Positions 1-15,362 of a stretch of DNA of 64,000 bases are shown here, piece by piece; the stretch's first letter is position 1, and every line of letters begins with the position of its first letter. The DNA comes from Elsinoe ampelina. Its lineage: Eukaryota. The translations under genes were made by a program, and so were the position numbers. The notes beneath the pieces are model-generated. The model made no database searches. It was not told the origin of the DNA and saw only the letters and a program-made list of their open reading frames with translations. Location: contig ML992501.1 in the NCBI GenBank assembly GCA_010093995.1, positions 3,120,489 through 3,184,488 on the forward strand, read 5' to 3'.

Positions 1-438
1 GGTCTACAAGCGGCAGGTCATCAGAGAGATGCGTTGCGTATCGTGCCGGACACTGGTGAGAGATCAGCGAATTATGACGACTCGGGAATGCAAAGCCTGG
101 AACGCGGGTCGGTCTTGGAGGGCCAGAAAAGCACGAGAGCCCAGGAAGAGATTCAGAGCATGATGAGGTGTTGGGAAGCGCAGTATCCTGGTATATTGAG
201 CGGGAAGGGGCGTCACTTGCTCAGCGTCGACTTGCGGTTGATGGATGATTTGGAACCTGTATTGCAAGAGCTCGGTGTGCGGAACGGAAATCACCCAGGA
301 CACCAGCCATCACATGTGATTGGTAAAGAACTTGAGATGGAAGCTAGAAGACGCCGGCATCGCCAGCTAGTGTTCCGTGGTGTGGACGGCAGTCGAGAGG
401 TCTTCAAACTGGACAGCAAATCATCGATCCAGATGTAG
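1..438 (+). CDS. Probable 3' end of a gene entering from the left edge (unknown product)
   Basis: Frame 1 is open from base 1 to TAG at 436-438. No recognisable motif. Confidence 0.3.
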   Translation, partial: GLQAAGHQRDALRIVPDTGERSANYDDSGMQSLERGSVLEGQKSTRAQEEIQSMMRCWEAQYPGILSGKGRHLLSVDLRLMDDLEPVLQELGVRNGNHPGHQPSHVIGKELEMEARRRRHRQLVFRGVDGSREVFKLDSKSSIQM

Positions 439-1109
439 ATTTGGGTAGCCTTTGCATTTTTGAGCCAGAATCACTTTAATATTCTCGTCAACATAGCTAG
501 ATGACGGATACATGGCAGTCATAATCACAAGTGTCATCTTTGTGCTCCCCATGTGAAATAACGAGCATTTGACAGGTGGTGATTCGCCTTCCAAGTGGAG
601 GTCGGAAGTTTGACGGGCCAATGACGTTGACGGACGGAAGCAGCCGCAGCTCTGGAAAAAAAGGCAAGAAGAAGCGGGACGAGCAGCAGAAAGCCAAAAG
701 CTACTGAACCTCTTCCGCGGTTCGACATGACCACAACTTCACAACCCACCACCTCTTCATCTTCGCGGTAATTTTTGTGTGCTTTGTGCATTCCGGAGAT
801 ACCCTTGCGCGATCTGATTCAGTTCTCCTTCGACTCACGGCAGATTGGACGACAAACGACTAGTGTTCTGAAGGCGCTGCACCGCTCGACAGCTCACTGC
901 CAGATCATCTCCGCTGCCGGAAGAGCTTGGTGACAGACATCATCCCCAGCAACACTCCAGCTGTTGCGCCTCTCCAAACCGAGCGAGACACCAAGATCCT
1001 AGCACCGATCCTTGTGAACCTTTCGGCGCACCTCTTACCTGCCAAAGGGACTTCGCCATCACCTCCAGTCCTGGCGGACCTTCGGCAACACCTCGTGTCT
1101 TGACACGAG

Positions 1110-4100
1110 ATGGGGAGGATCAAAAAATCGGCCAAGGAGGGCCACGATGCTACACTTGTGAGTGAAGCTATACAGAAGTCAAGCGCACGACTAATAATCT
1201 CCAGTCTCCATATGTCGCAGAATTCATCTCAAAATGCACAGAGTTACCCCTCCACCAGCTACCCGCACATCTCGCCTCATTCCCGCCACAGTGGGACTTT
1301 CCCAAGAGTGATCTCCACTCCTGGATACCAGTCCTCAATCGCCTGGACCACATTCTGGAGCTGATCGTTGCTGAATACGGTCTTCGCGATGGACCTCAGA
1401 CGAAGCCTTTCGGGACAAGTGTTCTACGCAGGGGAGATGAGGACAAGAGCGCAGAGGTGGAGGACAGCACACTTCATGAGCTGGATTTCGAGCCTGATGG
1501 AGACTGCAAGCTTGCACAAGCTGTACTTGACTTCTCAGCATTCCTGCTCGAGCACAGCAGCAATCGCGGCCTCTACTCAAGCCAGGATCATATCAACCAT
1601 CTCCTCAACACCACCTCCCTCTTCCTACTCAAGACCGTGCTGAAGGTTTGTCTCCCCCTCGCTGTCCGGTTCTACGCGAGCAAGCACCGCTACACCTCTC
1701 CGCCCACGCCGCACCACATTCTGCTTCACAGTCACTACAACATCAATCAGGAACGGTTGTTGAAGATCGCTTCAAGCTTCGCAAAGAGGAATTCACCGTC
1801 ATCTCACTATGATGCCATCGCGGGCAAAGGCAAGCAGAAAGAGTCTGGCGCGGCGCACAACCCCAATGACATAAGTTACTTCCTCAAGAGCAAGAATCTG
1901 CCAGAAGTCATCAGACAGTCTTTAGGCGATGTGACCATCAGCTATTACGACCGGTCTGCGGTGGCACCCCCTTCGCAAAGGATGGAGCAGCCAGCAACCC
2001 CGGCAAGCCCAACGCCAGTCCGCAAACCTTCAGGGCTAGCACAATCTTCAAAGCCTGATAGCGAAGATCCGCCAGCACGACAGGAGCATACGAATAGCGG
2101 ACCAAAGGTCTTCCGGATCCCTGGAGATGAAGCCTCCAGCACCTCCCTTGAGACCATCCTGCAGGAGAATGTGAGCAAGCTTCCGGCGGAACACAAGTAC
2201 GAGCTCCTGCAACAGCTGCGTGTGGCTCGTGGGTTCAGAGGGTCAAGAAAAGATCTCCAGGACCTCATCTCCTGCCGCATTCTAGCAGTCGCCAACCTCG
2301 CCTACACTTACCAGGACGCGAACTTCATGCAAAGACTTGGTCAACCTGATTCTGAGCAGCCAAAGGACTTCCAATTGGCATTCCAACTCGCCGATCTACT
2401 TCAACCTGCAGGGGAAGACGGTGTCGCGGTTCCGAAGGAGATTATCACATACGCTGTCAACGCCTTGGAGGCTATGGTCAAGCTAAAGTCAAGGACGACA
2501 GACGTGGCTGCTGCGCTGAACGTCAGCGTGAGCCATGGTGTCCTTTTCTATGCATTCCGACAAGTCATCGCGAGTCTAGAAGCCAACATTGACACCACCG
2601 AAGAGCGCGAGTGGCGCCATGCAATCATCACACTCGTCCACGGACTTGCCCAACCACCAACCTCTTATCATCGGAATAGCGATCAAATGGTAGCGGCTGG
2701 TGTAATCGGGCTCTGGGTCCAGGCGCTGACCCTACGTACACCTGAGGCTCAGGCTTTCTACCAAGACGTCATACATTTCCTCGACAACTTCGTCAACAAC
2801 GGTGTCCGCGACTCCTTCAACTCCCTTGTCAATAGTCAGGGCTTGGAAGCGATCGCAGGCGTGACTGCTTACCTGGTGGATGCATCCATCGAAGAAATTG
2901 AAGCCGGCAAAGGCATGCCCGACCAGTACAAGACAAAGGTTACCGACTACCAGATTCCCTTCTTCAAACAACAAGCTTTGAGGCAAGTACTCAAATTCAT
3001 CCTTCACATGTTCAATCTGAACGTTGGCAACGACCGACATCTTCGGAACTTGATCGACACTCCACAGCTTCTCGGTGCTTTGAAGACCATTCTCGCCAAG
3101 CCAAAGATATTCGGCTCCAACATTTGGATCAGTGCGGTGAGCATCATCAGCAGCTTCATACACAGTGAGCCCACCAGCTACAACATTGTCCACGAGGCTG
3201 GCTTGGTCAGTGGTATCTTGGACTCGATCGCTCCACCCGGTAAGATTGGCACCCCTGAACCTGATACCATCTTGTCAGTCGAAGAGACACTGCGCGACAT
3301 ACCTAATGCGTTTGGCGCCATCTGTCTAAATGAGGCGGGTATGAAGCTGTTCCAGAACTCGGAAGCTCTCAACACCTACTTGAGTATATTCCTAAGCCTC
3401 AATCACGTTGAAGCATTGGAAAACGCAGGAGACTCGGCTGTACACATTGGTGCTTCGTTCGATGAACTGGTCCGCCATCATCCAGATCTCAAGGATCAAG
3501 TCCATGCAGCAGTGCTCCGAATGACCAAGATGGTTGTCACGCACTGTCAGGAGCGAGCGGAAACACGAGGCGTGGGTGCCAAGTTGTGGTTGCCAGGTCC
3601 TGACACCGATCCTATCGTGTCGGGCGGCTGGAATGGTCTCGCAGGGCCAAAATACGCGTCGACCATCATGGACCAAGACCATGACGAGCGACAAGTTACT
3701 GACAAGGATATTGAGAGTGACGACATGGTCAATGACCACACAAATGGTCGATCTACATCAGATGTCATCAGTGTATTGTGCAAGTTCTTGCAAGGCTATC
3801 TCGCCAACAATAACATGCTTCCGAGATTCTGTGAGGACGGAGGCATCGTGAGCATCCTCGAGCTGGCGATGTGCCCTTGCAACCCATACAACACCAATCG
3901 GCTATCGTCGTATGATGAGATCCTGAAGCTTCTCACTAATATCCAAGAGACCAAGGCTCATTTACTGCTACCACTTCTGATCAACAAGGCCAAGGAGGCT
4001 TTACTTTTTCTACGCCCGCTCCTGGATCACCCCAGGGAGAAGTCCTATTTCGCTCCTCTGACGAGCATCAACAACGAGTCGGCCGATGAAGCACCTCTGC

Positions 4101-7100
4101 AAATCAGGCAGAATGGGACGCACATGGTCAAGGGTCTGGTCACCGCCCAGGTGCTGATCAGTCTGGTTGCCGATATCTACCTCACTCAGGCCTTATACGG
4201 TCAGCGCCCTTCTCACAACAACCCAATCTCGCAGGTCAATCTTACCGATCTCTACGTCCAAGTTGTTGATATGCTTGGTCGTCTACATTCAGCCTGCATT
4301 TGCGAAGTAATTCACCTTCAAAACAGTATGCCAGAGGTCTGGCTGGAACAGACCAAGGTCAAGGGGGCAACCTTTGACAATGTTCAAGCTGACAACATTA
4401 TGGGTCAAGTCAGCGCTCCCACGAACGGATCTGGCAGTGATGACAAGGCTGGCTCGGAGGCTAAAGACGAGCAGCAGTCTTCACATGATCTAGCACACGA
4501 ACACCCGGCACAATTCAGGAATACCGGAATTCTGCGACATTTGTTAAGCCAAATCCCATTCGCTACAACCTCTTTCATGCAGCAACTCGGGAGAAGCCTG
4601 TACACCAAGGGTAGAGTCATCATGGATGGTTGGCAGCGGCAGAACGCAACTGCCGTGGCCGAGCGCATATCAAGCGTCTTCGTTCGGCTCCTCGATGCGC
4701 CGTTCCCAGCTGAAGACTTGAAGAACCTGCAACGCTACCAGGTCGTCACACTTGTAACCATGTTGAAGACCTACCTTGACAAGCGTCCCTCTCACCGAAG
4801 CAATCAGCCGGAACTTCTGGTCGCGATTCTGAACCAGTTCTTTCTGCAAGGTGGATTCGCCAAGTTGAACGCCTGGGCTCTCTCCAGTTACCAATGTGTC
4901 AAGACATCGAAGGTGGAAGATGGTCATGATCCTGAATCTCCCCGTGCCTATGCCGAGAGGATCATCGGTGAAATCCTCGATTTCTACTCTAGGATCGTAT
5001 CTGCAAAGCTTCTCGAAAGCTCTCCTCAAGGATCGTCACTCAACGCGCACACTGGTGATCCTTCTTATGCAGGATATTTCGAGCCTGCCCAGCTTCTGAT
5101 CGAGATTCGGCACGCCGTCTACCCAGTTGCAAAGGAGATCTGGACACCCGAGGATGGCGATACCCACATACACCTCGAGACAGAAGACATGCGCGCGGTC
5201 ATCGGCACCCTGAAGCATATCCTGCAAGCCGACGGCGAAAATAAGGTCCGAAATCATGGACGAAGTCGCGGACAGATTCAGAAGAGGAAATGGAAGCCAA
5301 AAAGCACAGACAGCTTGCAGAACTTGACTAACTCTGGTATTCCGCGGGATCTTGCGCTCGAAGGACTCTTCCGGTGCTGCGACAACTTGAATAATGCTCG
5401 AGAGTACTGTGCACTTCGACAGAATGAGGAAATCGAGGCGGTCGATCGTCTACCACCACCTACCGAAGATCTGGAGCAGTCGCCGCCACCAAGTCAGGAG
5501 CCCTCTAGACAACAAGGTCAGTCTGGAGAGGCCAGCGCCTCTGCCCTGGCTCGCGTACCCTCGGTTGAGATGGAGGACGCAGATGCGGATGAGCCAACTC
5601 GCTCAAGGACTGATAATGACGACGTCATGTCTGACGATGATCCTTCTACCAGCATGTTCACAAGACTCAATACCCTTGCCAGTCGTACGTCCGATACTCT
5701 CAACATTGACTCCGACAACAGCACAGACGTCAGGAGTACAGTGAGCGAACTTCCAAGCCACCAACGTGCTGTCTCCGAATCAGAGAAGACAACCAATGAC
5801 ACTGCTGAGGAGCTTGAGAAGATGCGCAAGGCTCTTCGAGAGAACTTGGTGGATCGATGTATCGATATTCTGAACGAGCTTTCAGATGTCACGTTCGACA
5901 TTTCTGAGCTCATCCAAGCTGCGACATCAACTAGTCGGCCCGAGAGTAAGGAGCTCAAGGAGTCTATTGGTGAGACACTAGCAATGTCCTTGGTCTCGCT
6001 CTCCACCGATGAAACACCTCAGCGTAATAAGAAGATTGCGGCTGTTTCTCACCTACTTGCCCTGGTCCTGCAGGAGCGAGACTTCTTCGAGACCACCATT
6101 CAGACGCTCAAGCTCAATTTCGAAGAGTTTGTTGGACTTCTCAAGGTTCCATCGGACACTACCTCTGACAATTCTACTCCATACATGAGTAACGTTTTGC
6201 TCTTCATGGAAAGAATTCTCGTTGAGGATGAGCAACCTGCGCAGATTCAGTGGCACCCTCCATCTACGGACAGTATCCAAGAACTAACACCCCTTGACTT
6301 GCCACCGCCTGTGGTTGAGTTGCAGAGCAAGCAGACACTGTTTGCAGCAATTCTTGAGCTGCTGCCAAAGATTGGCAAGAATGAGCTTCTTGCTCTCTCG
6401 GTCATCCGTGTGCTGGTCATGCTCACTCGAAGGCGTCAGATCGCCAAGCAGCTCTCGGAACGACCCAATATCGGGCGATTATTCTTGATGGTCAAGCAGC
6501 TGTCCGGACTGGCAAATGACAAGCTCCAGAGCGGATTTCTGACAATTCTTCGTCACATGGTGGAGGATGATGACATTATCCGACAGATCATGAGGACTGA
6601 AATTCAGAACTTCTTCGACACGAATAGAAATCCCAGATCTATCGACACTGCTTCTTTCACCAGACACTTGTACCATCTGGTGTTGAGAGATCCCGAAATC
6701 TTTGTCGAAGTCTGTGCTGAGAAGATCGAGCTCAATCGCCTCGACACGCACTCACGGAACTCGCAGACTCTGGCGCTGAAAAAGAAGATTGAAGAGCCGA
6801 AGCCAAAGGAGCAGGCCTCCGAAAGTGCTGTGCTTAGCACCGAGCAAGCTGCTATTGAAGAGAAACCTCAGCTCGAAAGAGTCAAGACGTCAGAGATGAA
6901 GCCGCCGGTGGTAGAGAACCCTGACGGTGTCATTCAATTCATCTTGAAAGAGCTGTCTTCCTATCGGGACGTGGATGATAAGAACACCCCTGACGCCGCT
7001 CCAGCCGAGCCGCTTGAGCCCTCGGACACTCCAGATGTTGAAATGCCGGATATGACACCGCCTCCCGAAGCACCGCCTAGTGCTCGCCTGCCGGTCTCAC

Positions 7101-10100
7101 CATCGAAGACCGAGCGGGCCATCTTCAAGACTGAGGAGCATCCGATCTTCACGTACCGCTGCACACTTCTCCAGTGTCTCACAGAACTTCTGTCTTGTTA
7201 CAACCGCACCAAGGTTGAGTTCATTAGCTATTCCCCCAAGACAGAATCTTCGGCGACTACGCCATCCAAGCCCCGGTCTGGTCTTCTCAACTACATGCTC
7301 ACAACGCTGGTACCTGTTGGTACCCTCCAACATCAGGAAGACGTGGCTCACAGGAAGAAAGCGGCCACCTCCAATTGGGCCATCAGCACAATCGTGGCCT
7401 TGTGCGCGAAGACACAAGAGAATGCACTGTCTTCCAGGAACTCCGACAGATCGTCTTCAAATCTCGAAGATGAACCAGAACTTCTCTATGTTCGACGTTT
7501 CGTATTGGAACAGATCCTCAAGGCACTCAATTCTGCCATGCACTCTACTGAATCTCTCGACATGCGCTACTCTCGCTTCTTGGCATTGAGCGATATCATC
7601 AACAAGATGTTGACCGGCAAGCCTAGTGCCACCAACGCTCAGCTTAACAACGAGATCATCTCTTCCTCCATGAAGAATGTGGGCAAGCTCATGTACGAAA
7701 AGAATTTCGTCTCTGCTTTGACCGCAGCGGTGGCCGAGATCGATCTGAACTTCCCCAGCGCCAAACGGGCGATCAAGTATATTCTGCGTCCGTTGAAGTG
7801 GTTGACCGAAACCGCGGTCCAGCTCAGCTTGACGACAGATCTGGCGGGTCCAGGTAGCACCGAGGAGGACGACCTCTCCTCTTCTACCTCCGTTACCAGC
7901 GACGACTCCGATGAACGCGACGCGACGCCAGACATCTTCCGCAACTCCACCCTGGGACAATTCGAGCCTGGTCGTGAAGAATCCGAGTCCTCTGAAGGCG
8001 AGGACGAAGACGACTACTATGGCGACGAGTATGACGAGGACGAGATGGACTACGAAGACGAGCGGCCCATGGCAGCACACGGTGATGTTGTCTCAGATGA
8101 TGACGAAGATGTCGACGGAATGAGTCCAATCGAGGGCATGCCTGGAGATGTCAACATGGACATTGAGATTGTAATGGATGGAGAAAGCGGCGGCGACTCG
8201 GACGAAGACAGCTCGGACAATGACGATGAGGATGACGACGAAGATGATGAAGATGATGAGGATGGCGACGATGATGAAGGTAGTGTTGAAATCATCGACG
8301 AGATCAATGGCGATCGTATGGACGACGTTGAAGACATGGAAGGTGAAGACGAAGGAGATTGGGAAGACGATGACGACGATGGAGAAGGGTATGATGAGGA
8401 AGACGAGATGCAACACGAAATGTTCACTCGCGGCGGCCCTCTCGACAATCTTGTCCGCGTCATGGGTGGTGGAGATGATCAAGCCGACTTCATGGACCGT
8501 TTCGAAAACCCTCGAGTGATTGTCGACCGTATTGAGGAGGAATACTTCGAGGACGAAATGCCCCCAGAAGACGACGAAGATGAGATGGATGATTATGACG
8601 AGGAAGTCGTGTACGAGCCCGAGGCCGAATTCGACGAAGAGGAAGACGAGGACGACGACGAGGGTCCACCCTTTGGCGGGGCTTGGCAGCCAGATCCGAC
8701 TCGCTTCTTCCGTCATCATCAACACCATGCACGCATTCCTCCTGACCCCTGGGGCTCTAGAGATGCGCCTTTCGATGCTTACAATGCGGTGCGCACCCAC
8801 CGGCCCGGCATGACTGGACGCGGACAAGACGATGGTAGCAATCCGCTACTCCACCGCAACGAGGCTCGCGCCGTGGTCGTGCAAGCACGTCCGGGTGAGC
8901 AACCTTTCAGTGAGACGCTGTTCGCCGAGTACGGCCTCCCTCGTGGTCCTGGTAGGCATGGAACTGGTCGTCCTGCGGAGATTCCTCCCTTCCTGGCAGA
9001 TTTGATCTCAATGGTCGGTTCACCTACGGGAGGTCGACTCGAGTTTTATCCCGACAGGCACGGAAATATGAACGCATTCCAGCCCTTGGTTATTTCGGCT
9101 GGTCCTGGTGGTCTTGGTCTCCCACACCTACGCCATACTCGTCCCGGCACTTTGAGCGGCATGCTCCGCGGACAGCGTACAGATGGTACGATGCCTCTAC
9201 GCCCACCAACTCACGACCCTGGACAAGCAGTGTCCTTCATGCCAGCCCTCACAGTCGCGCGCTGGCAGGACGAAGCCCGACTTCTATTCGGAAGCCAACA
9301 TCAGGCTGAGGCTGTCAAAGTCACGAACTCAGTCTTAAGAGTCCTGACCCCTGCCGCAATCGAGGCGAAGCGCAAGAGAGACAAGGAAGAGGCCGAACGA
9401 AAGGCTGCCCAAGAGAAAGCACTTGAGGAGCAACGCAAGAAGGAAGAACAGGAGCGCAAGGAGCGTGAGGAGAAGGAACGTCAAGAACGTGAAGAAAGAG
9501 AGAGAATCGAAGCTGAGGCGGCAGCCGTGCATGCCCGAGAAGCGGCAGAGAAGGGTGAAGAGACATCGAACGCTCCCATGGAGGGTGTGGAGGGAACACA
9601 ACCTGCAGCATCGGCTACTACTGTGCCTGAACAGCCTGCCGAACGCCGTACAGCTCGAGTTCGGGGCAGTCTGGTCGACATCACCGAGCTTGGTATTGAT
9701 CAAAGTTTCCTCGACGAGATCCCAGAAGACATGCGTGAGGACGTCATCATGGCTCAACTACAGTCACGCCTTGAACAACAGACTTCAGCAACATCGCGAC
9801 CGCAACAAGCACAGCAGCCACAGCAACCGGCTTCCCGCGTACCAGAAGAGATTGATCGAGAGTTCCTCAGTGCATTGCCGGCAGATATACAACAGGAGCT
9901 CTTGAGAGCGGAGGCGACCGAACGCAGCCGCCGGGATCGCGAGGCGGCTCGCCGTCAAGCTCGAGAATCTGGTAACAATCAACCGGCGCAACCGGAGGAG
10001 ATGAACAGTGCTGATATCATGGCGATGTTAGAACCTCAACTCCGCCAGTCTGTACTAATGGAGGCTGATGACGAAATGCTTTCTGGTCTTCCAGCGGAAC

Positions 10101-12928
10101 TTCGCGCTGAAGCAGAGGCTCTCTTTGGCGGTCCACGCAATAGAATGCCGCGTATCCAAGATCTGATCGGAAATCGACACCGCGAGCTCGATCGGTCTAA
10201 CAGAATCCCTGCTGCATCGTCTGAACAGCGCACTCGTCGACCTGTGGTACAAATTCTGGACAAAGCTGGAGTCGCAACTCTGCTTCGACTCATGTTCGTC
10301 TCACTGTCTGGATCTGCACGCAGTGCCATGCTTGGTATTCTGACCGACATCTGCAAGAACACTCAGAACCGGGCGGAGGTGATTAGTATCCTCCTCTCCA
10401 TCCTGCAAGATGGCAGTTCCGACAGCGCAGCCCTGGATAAGAGCTTTGCACAGCTTACCACGCGTGCCAAACAGATGTCCGGTCCAAAGACGCCGCAACC
10501 ACTCCGACGTACGCTTACTGGGCAACAAGTCGCCCCGCTCAACAATGAAGCCAGCCCGCTCATGATCGTTCAGCAGTGTCTTTCAGCTCTCACGAGCTTG
10601 GCAGTCCAGAATGCTCGCGTGTCCACTTTCTTCCTCACTGAGCACGAGATGATATCTACGCAACGATCCAAGACGCCGAAGAAGGGCAAGAGCAAAGAAA
10701 GCAAGGCTCAGCGATATCCCATCAACGCCCTTCTGACTCTGCTCGATCGCCGTACCATCATCGAGAATTCGGCAGTCATGGAGCACCTCGCGAGCCTCTT
10801 GGTCAAGATCACGGAACCGCTGAAGACATATTTCCGTCGCGCCAAGGAAGAAGAGAAGAAGGCCGAGCAGGCTCAACAGGAAGCTCAAGAAACTAGCGAA
10901 GGTACTGCGGGTGGTTCCACCGATGTAGCCATGACTGAAGGCGCAACCGGAGAACAGCCTGCGACAGAGGGCGCCGAGAAGAAAGAAGCAGAAAAGCCCG
11001 ACGAGAAGAAGAAGCCGCGTGATGCACCACCGCCTGAGATACCTGAGGAGAACCTCTGCCTCGTCGTCAACATTATCGCCGCTCGCGAATGTAGCGGGAA
11101 GACGTTCCAGAACACTCTCGACATTGTCAACCATCTCTCTGCCATACCCGGTGCTCGCGACATCTTCGGCAAGGAGCTTGTGCGCCGCGCTTCTGAGCTA
11201 GGTGCCGAAGTTTTAGGTGATCTTGAGCAGCTACCAAAGCAGATCCGCAACGCCGAGAGCAATACTGAGATGCAGGGTCGTGCTTTGGCCGTCTTTTCAC
11301 CAGCAAGCTCGCACCAGAACAAGCTTCTACGGGTACTACTGGCGCTCGACTACATATTCGACCCGAAGCGCGCCAGCGAGAGAGGAAGCACCAGCACAGT
11401 GGAGAATCTTCCGCAAAAGGCCCGCGATGATCTTGTGTCCAGCCTTTACGACGACTCCACCTTTGTCAAGCTCTGGGATATTCTCAGTGACTGCTTGACG
11501 GCCATCCGCGAGCGTGGAAACATGAACAATATAGCCACTATCCTGCAACCTCTCATCGAGGCGTTCATGGTTGTCTGCAAGAACACCACAGCCAAGGAGA
11601 CGAATGTTGTGTCGACAAAGGACTTTGCTTCGCCACCACCCGAGAGTCGAATCGAGAGTCAATTCTTCCGCTTCACCGAAGACCACCGCAAGATCTTGAA
11701 TGACCTGGTCCGCCAGAACCCCAAGCTCATGAGCGGCACATTCGATGTGCTCGTCAGGAACTCCAAGGTGCTTGAGTTTGACAACAAGCGCAGCTTCTTT
11801 AACAAACGTCTGCATACCAGGTCACCCGAAGAGCGCGTGCCACACCAGACGCTCCAACTCAATGTTCGTCGCAGTGAGGTGTTCCTTGACTCTTTCAAGT
11901 CGCTGTTCTTCAAGAAGGCGAATGAGATCAAGTATGGCAAGCTTAATATTCGATTTGCCGGCGAGGAAGGTGTTGATGCTGGTGGTGTCACCCGAGAGTG
12001 GTTTGCAGCCATGTCACGCCAGATGTTCAACCCGAACTACGCACTATTCAATCCAGTGGCTGCTGACAGGACGACTTTCCACCCCAACCCGCTGTCGGTC
12101 ATCAACGAGCAGCATCTCACCTTTTTCAAATTCATTGGTCGCATTATCGGCAAGGCTCTGTACGAGAATCGTGTCCTCGACTGCCATTTCTCTCGCGCGG
12201 TTTACAAGCGCATCCTCGGTAAGAGCGTGAGCTTGAAGGACATGGAGACACTGGATCTGGACTACTACAAGTCGCTGATGTGGATGTTGGAGAATGATAT
12301 CACCGACGTGGCGTTTGAGACGTTCAGCGTGGAAGTGGACCGCTTTGGTGAGACCGAGACGGTGGATCTCAAGCCTAATGGACGCAACATCCCGGTCACG
12401 GAAGAGAACAAGCAAGAATACGTCAAGCTCGTGGTCGAACAGCGTCTCACCAAGAGCGTGGAGGAACAACTCGAACACTTTTTGATCGGCTTCCGCGAGA
12501 TTGTCCCGCTCGAACTCATCTCCATCTTCAACGAGCAGGAACTGGAACTTCTCATCTCTGGCCTGCCAGATATTGACGTTGACGACTGGAAGAACAACAC
12601 GGAATACCACAACTACAACCACACGTCCCCGCAGGTGCAATGGTTCTGGCGTGCCGTCCGCTCATTCGACGCCGAAGAGAAGGCCAAGCTGCTGCAGTTT
12701 GTCACGGGTACATCCAAGGTTCCTCTCAACGGGTTCAAGGAGCTGGAAGGCATGAACGGGTTCAATCGGTTCAACATCCACCGCGACTTTGGCAACAAGG
12801 ACAGGTTGCCTAGCAGTCACACTTGTTTCAACCAGCTGGATCTGCCGGAGTATGACAGCTACGAGGCGTTGAGGAGGCAGTTGTATACTGCCATGACGGT
12901 GGGGAGTGATCATTTTGGGTTTGCATAG
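1110..12928 (+). CDS. TOM1: HECT-type E3 ubiquitin ligase, Tom1/HUWE1 family (~3923 aa); exons 1110-1157, 1205-12928
   Basis: Exon 1 MGRIKKSAKEGHDATL, then intron 1158-1204 (GTGAGT..CTAAT..CAG) joining in frame to the long ORF. Features: N-terminal 'DLHSWIPVLNRLD', central D/E-rich tract, UBM-like 'IDQSFLDEIPEDMREDV' and 'IDREFLSALPADIQQELL', and a C-terminal HECT domain ('GEEGVDAGGVTREW', 'LLQFVTGTSKVP', catalytic 'LPSSHTCFNQLDLP', ending GFA). Confidence 0.97.
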
Positions 12929-15362
12929 GCGAGGGGAAAGGGCAGGACGTGGATGTGGGTCGAAGCGAGTTGGGGGACAGGAGGCATCGGGAATGATGAC
13001 GGGCAAGCATGGATGGCGTTGAACATGTCTCGCGTGCAGGCGGGCGTGGCAACTGGTATTTATGCTCTTGCCGTTTCTCACGGGGGAAAAGAGTGCTGGG
13101 ATTGGGATGGGATGGTATGCATGGAATACAATGGGGTTAGCGAGGCAGGCGAGGAGTTCTGATGAGCTTTTATGCGGGTTGTGGAGCAGTTTCGGTAAAT
13201 GCATGCATTATGTTATATCCTATTCGTCTTTGTGGCTGTGTGACTGTCTCGCTTGTGCATGACCGAGGTATTGGACAGGTCACGTTATCGGGACCAAGAA
13301 AAGTGTGACGTGGAGCTCCACATGTCTCGATCTGGAGCGACGGGAGTGGCATCTACTTCCGTGTCTGCGAGGGCGTGATGGAGGATAAAAATACTTCTGA
13401 CCGCAGACGATACATGGATGCCCAGGTAGCATGCGGGAGGTCAGCCTCCGTAGGCGCACCGCTCTTGCTCACGTAGGGCAAGGGGAGGTGACAGGGCTCT
13501 ACCCCAAAAATCCCTCGGATCGGAGCAGAACGAGAGCAACAGGCAGCACTTGTAAAACCTGAACAAGGTTGTGGTTAACTGAGCACATGCTCCAGCTGAT
13601 CGAGGTAGCGGCGCTGCTGGGCGGCAAGCGTCGGCGGAGTCGCGGCGGCATGGCGGTGGATTTGGAAGCCAGTCGTGGCGGGGCCTGGGTGGGTTTGCCT
13701 TGGGTTGGCACGGCGGGAAAGAAATGCTCGATCTGCTGCACCGAGACAAACGTGCTCTTGTTGTTCAATGGTTGGCTCTCAACGGGTTCAGCAGGGGCAG
13801 ATGGTGAGACGCTTGCAACGCTTTTTCATGGCCGCCTCGGTGCAGTGCGTTGATGCTGCTGGGACAAGAGGCCGATACGCTTGGCTGCCAATGTTGCATG
13901 TTCGCGCGCATCTTGTGACAGAGGATGCACGCCGCACGGGTGGGAAAATGAGGATAGACGAGAGCTTATACACGGGGCGGCCAGGGACAATTGTTTCACG
14001 GTGGCATCGGGGAGAAGGGCGGGCGGAGGCGTCGTAATTGTGACGGCGTCCATGTCCACTTCATCTCAGATCTGACTGCGGGAGGCGTGAGACTGCAAGC
14101 GAGAGGCGTCGCGGGATTGGCGTCGAGGGGACCAAGTGTCTCTTTGCTTGGGTCACCTTTTTTTGCCCTGCTTCGTGCCAACGGTGCTCGATCGGTGGTA
14201 AAGATTAATTGGCTGGGTAAAACTCAATGACCATCTGGTTGTTCCAACGGGAATAAAGCGTTGGATCTTGGGAGGGGACAAGGCAGGGCTTGGAGTGCAT
14301 ATCGATGAAATTGGTATTCTTCCAACTCACGATTGTGAACAGCTTCAAGATAGGAGGTGCAGCAGCTGTTTGGCATAATCCGCGGACATGAGTGTTGATC
14401 AGCGGTCCCCTTTGCACCCGCCGTCGAATGCACCCGCTGTCGAAGACAAGAGCTGGAACGAACTCGAGATGAAATGCCAAGTTGCGCAGCAGGCCCTTTC
14501 GATAGTGTTGCTTGGAGCCAAGCGGCCAGGTTGAGACTCGAAACAAGGGCAAGAATGGCAAAGATGGAGGGGGCCGCGCATTGCTATACCATGATTGCCA
14601 ATGATTGCACGTATTCGAGTATTGACAGGACTGCTATTTGCCGACCGATACACTGGCATACTGTCGGACGAGCATGACTACAAGAATACCTACTGTCAAA
14701 TACAGAGAAAGCGAGTGTTTGAGTGCATTTCCCTTGAGGAACGCGCCAAGTCGTCCGTGATTTGGTCCCGCGCCGTTTTTGGATTTCCGCAGCAGAATAC
14801 CGCCGACAGAGTTTCCTCCATCTCTCGTCCAGCTTCATCATGCCCTGCAGGACAACAGCATCAAGCAAAGACTGTTCACCACCGCTACAACCAGCTCCAT
14901 CAGAAGAAAACCCCATGTCCGTCCAACCTCGAGGCGGCACCGCTACCGGCTCCATCATGTCCATCCTGCCGCGCCCAACCAATTACGTGACGCCTTCCGC
15001 GACGGCGCCGAGAGCCAAGATAATCCCAAGACGCCGAGCTCCAAAAGTCGTTTCGCCCAACTGGCGCTCTGCTGGGCCTGCTGCCACCCTGGCGCGGGCT
15101 CCCTTTTGCTCCCCTCCTCCTACCGTCACTCTGTCCGCCGCCCTGCACTCACAGCGCCCCGGATGTGTCGCCCAGGGACTTGGTGTCTTCACGGCCAAGT
15201 TGCCCAGCTGCTTCTCCTTCCTCTTGTCCTCGCCGGTGCCCACAATATAACCAATCCGACCCGGCTCCTTCTTTCGAGGTGATGGACGCTCTCTACACAC
15301 CACGCCAGTCATTACACGCTGGACTCTCTCATAGTTGACGGATTCGACTACGGTGATCTACC

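Noticed and set aside
7860..8665. GAY/GAR-rich repetitive stretch
   Set aside because: It encodes the known acidic region of Tom1/HUWE1 and is not an independent repeat element.
13000..15300. Many short overlapping ORFs between TOM1 and the membrane protein gene
   Set aside because: No coherent protein features. Most likely UTR, promoter or intergenic sequence.
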